Shown: in pieces, positions 63,850-64,000 of the stretch | How the letters are laid out: every line of letters starts with the position of its first letter | Numbering within the stretch: position 1 is the first letter of the stretch | From: Octopus sinensis | Lineage: Eukaryota | DNA: 64,000 nucleotides | Assembly: GCF_006345805.1 (NCBI RefSeq) | Contig: NW_021829832.1 | Coordinates: 620,001-684,000, forward strand | Reading direction: 5' to 3' | Translations under genes and position numbers: made by a program | Notes under the pieces: model-generated | Seen by the model: the letters and a program-made list of their open reading frames with translations, nothing else | Database searches by the model: none | Told to the model about the DNA's origin: nothing

Positions 63850-64000
63850 GTGCAGCACAGGAAACAATACGAGTAATTAGTTTATTCCATTTCCCGCGAT
63901 CTTGGGCGACGTCCCGTAATGCATCGAGATCGTCCCCGACCTTCAATTCTTTACCAGCCCTCTTTAGGTCTCTATCCAGCGTACCAGGGAGAGTATTTCT
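63850..64000 (-). mobile_element. 3' end of an RTE-like LINE extending beyond the window
   Basis: NTLPGTLDRDL..DDLDALRDVAQDRGKW. Confidence 0.6.

Overview
AT-rich eukaryotic (metazoan) genomic DNA: compact islands of conserved genes separated by transposon debris. Nearly every gene is split by spliceosomal introns of only about 21-31 nt. Together with a protostome-type cytoplasmic intermediate filament and COX19, this suggests a dicyemid mesozoan or a similarly reduced animal; the taxon is inferred, not proven. Genes read by manual splicing: SKI2 helicase, COX19, TFIIS, an intronless CK1-alpha, SBF/MTMR5-13, CDC73, a small RGS protein, a ~133-aa Polycomb/CBX-like protein, site-2 protease, MRPL23, an intermediate filament, Aurora kinase, CDK10 and MTMR3/4. 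Mobile DNA: pogo/Tigger, Tc1, a hAT-like element with a CGGBP1-type zinc finger, a non-autonomous Helitron carrying a ~95-bp satellite, and many decayed non-LTR retroelements (CRE-like, RTE-like, I-group-like). Most notable: the micro-introns, a CK1/CRE chimeric junction, the miniature Polycomb protein, the Helitron-borne satellite with a nearby empty-site paralogue, and a local duplication whose breakpoints fall exactly on transposon ends. No CRISPR array, rRNA or complete tRNA was found, and I cannot support a wholly new biological system. Family assignments come from remembered motifs; no database search was run.
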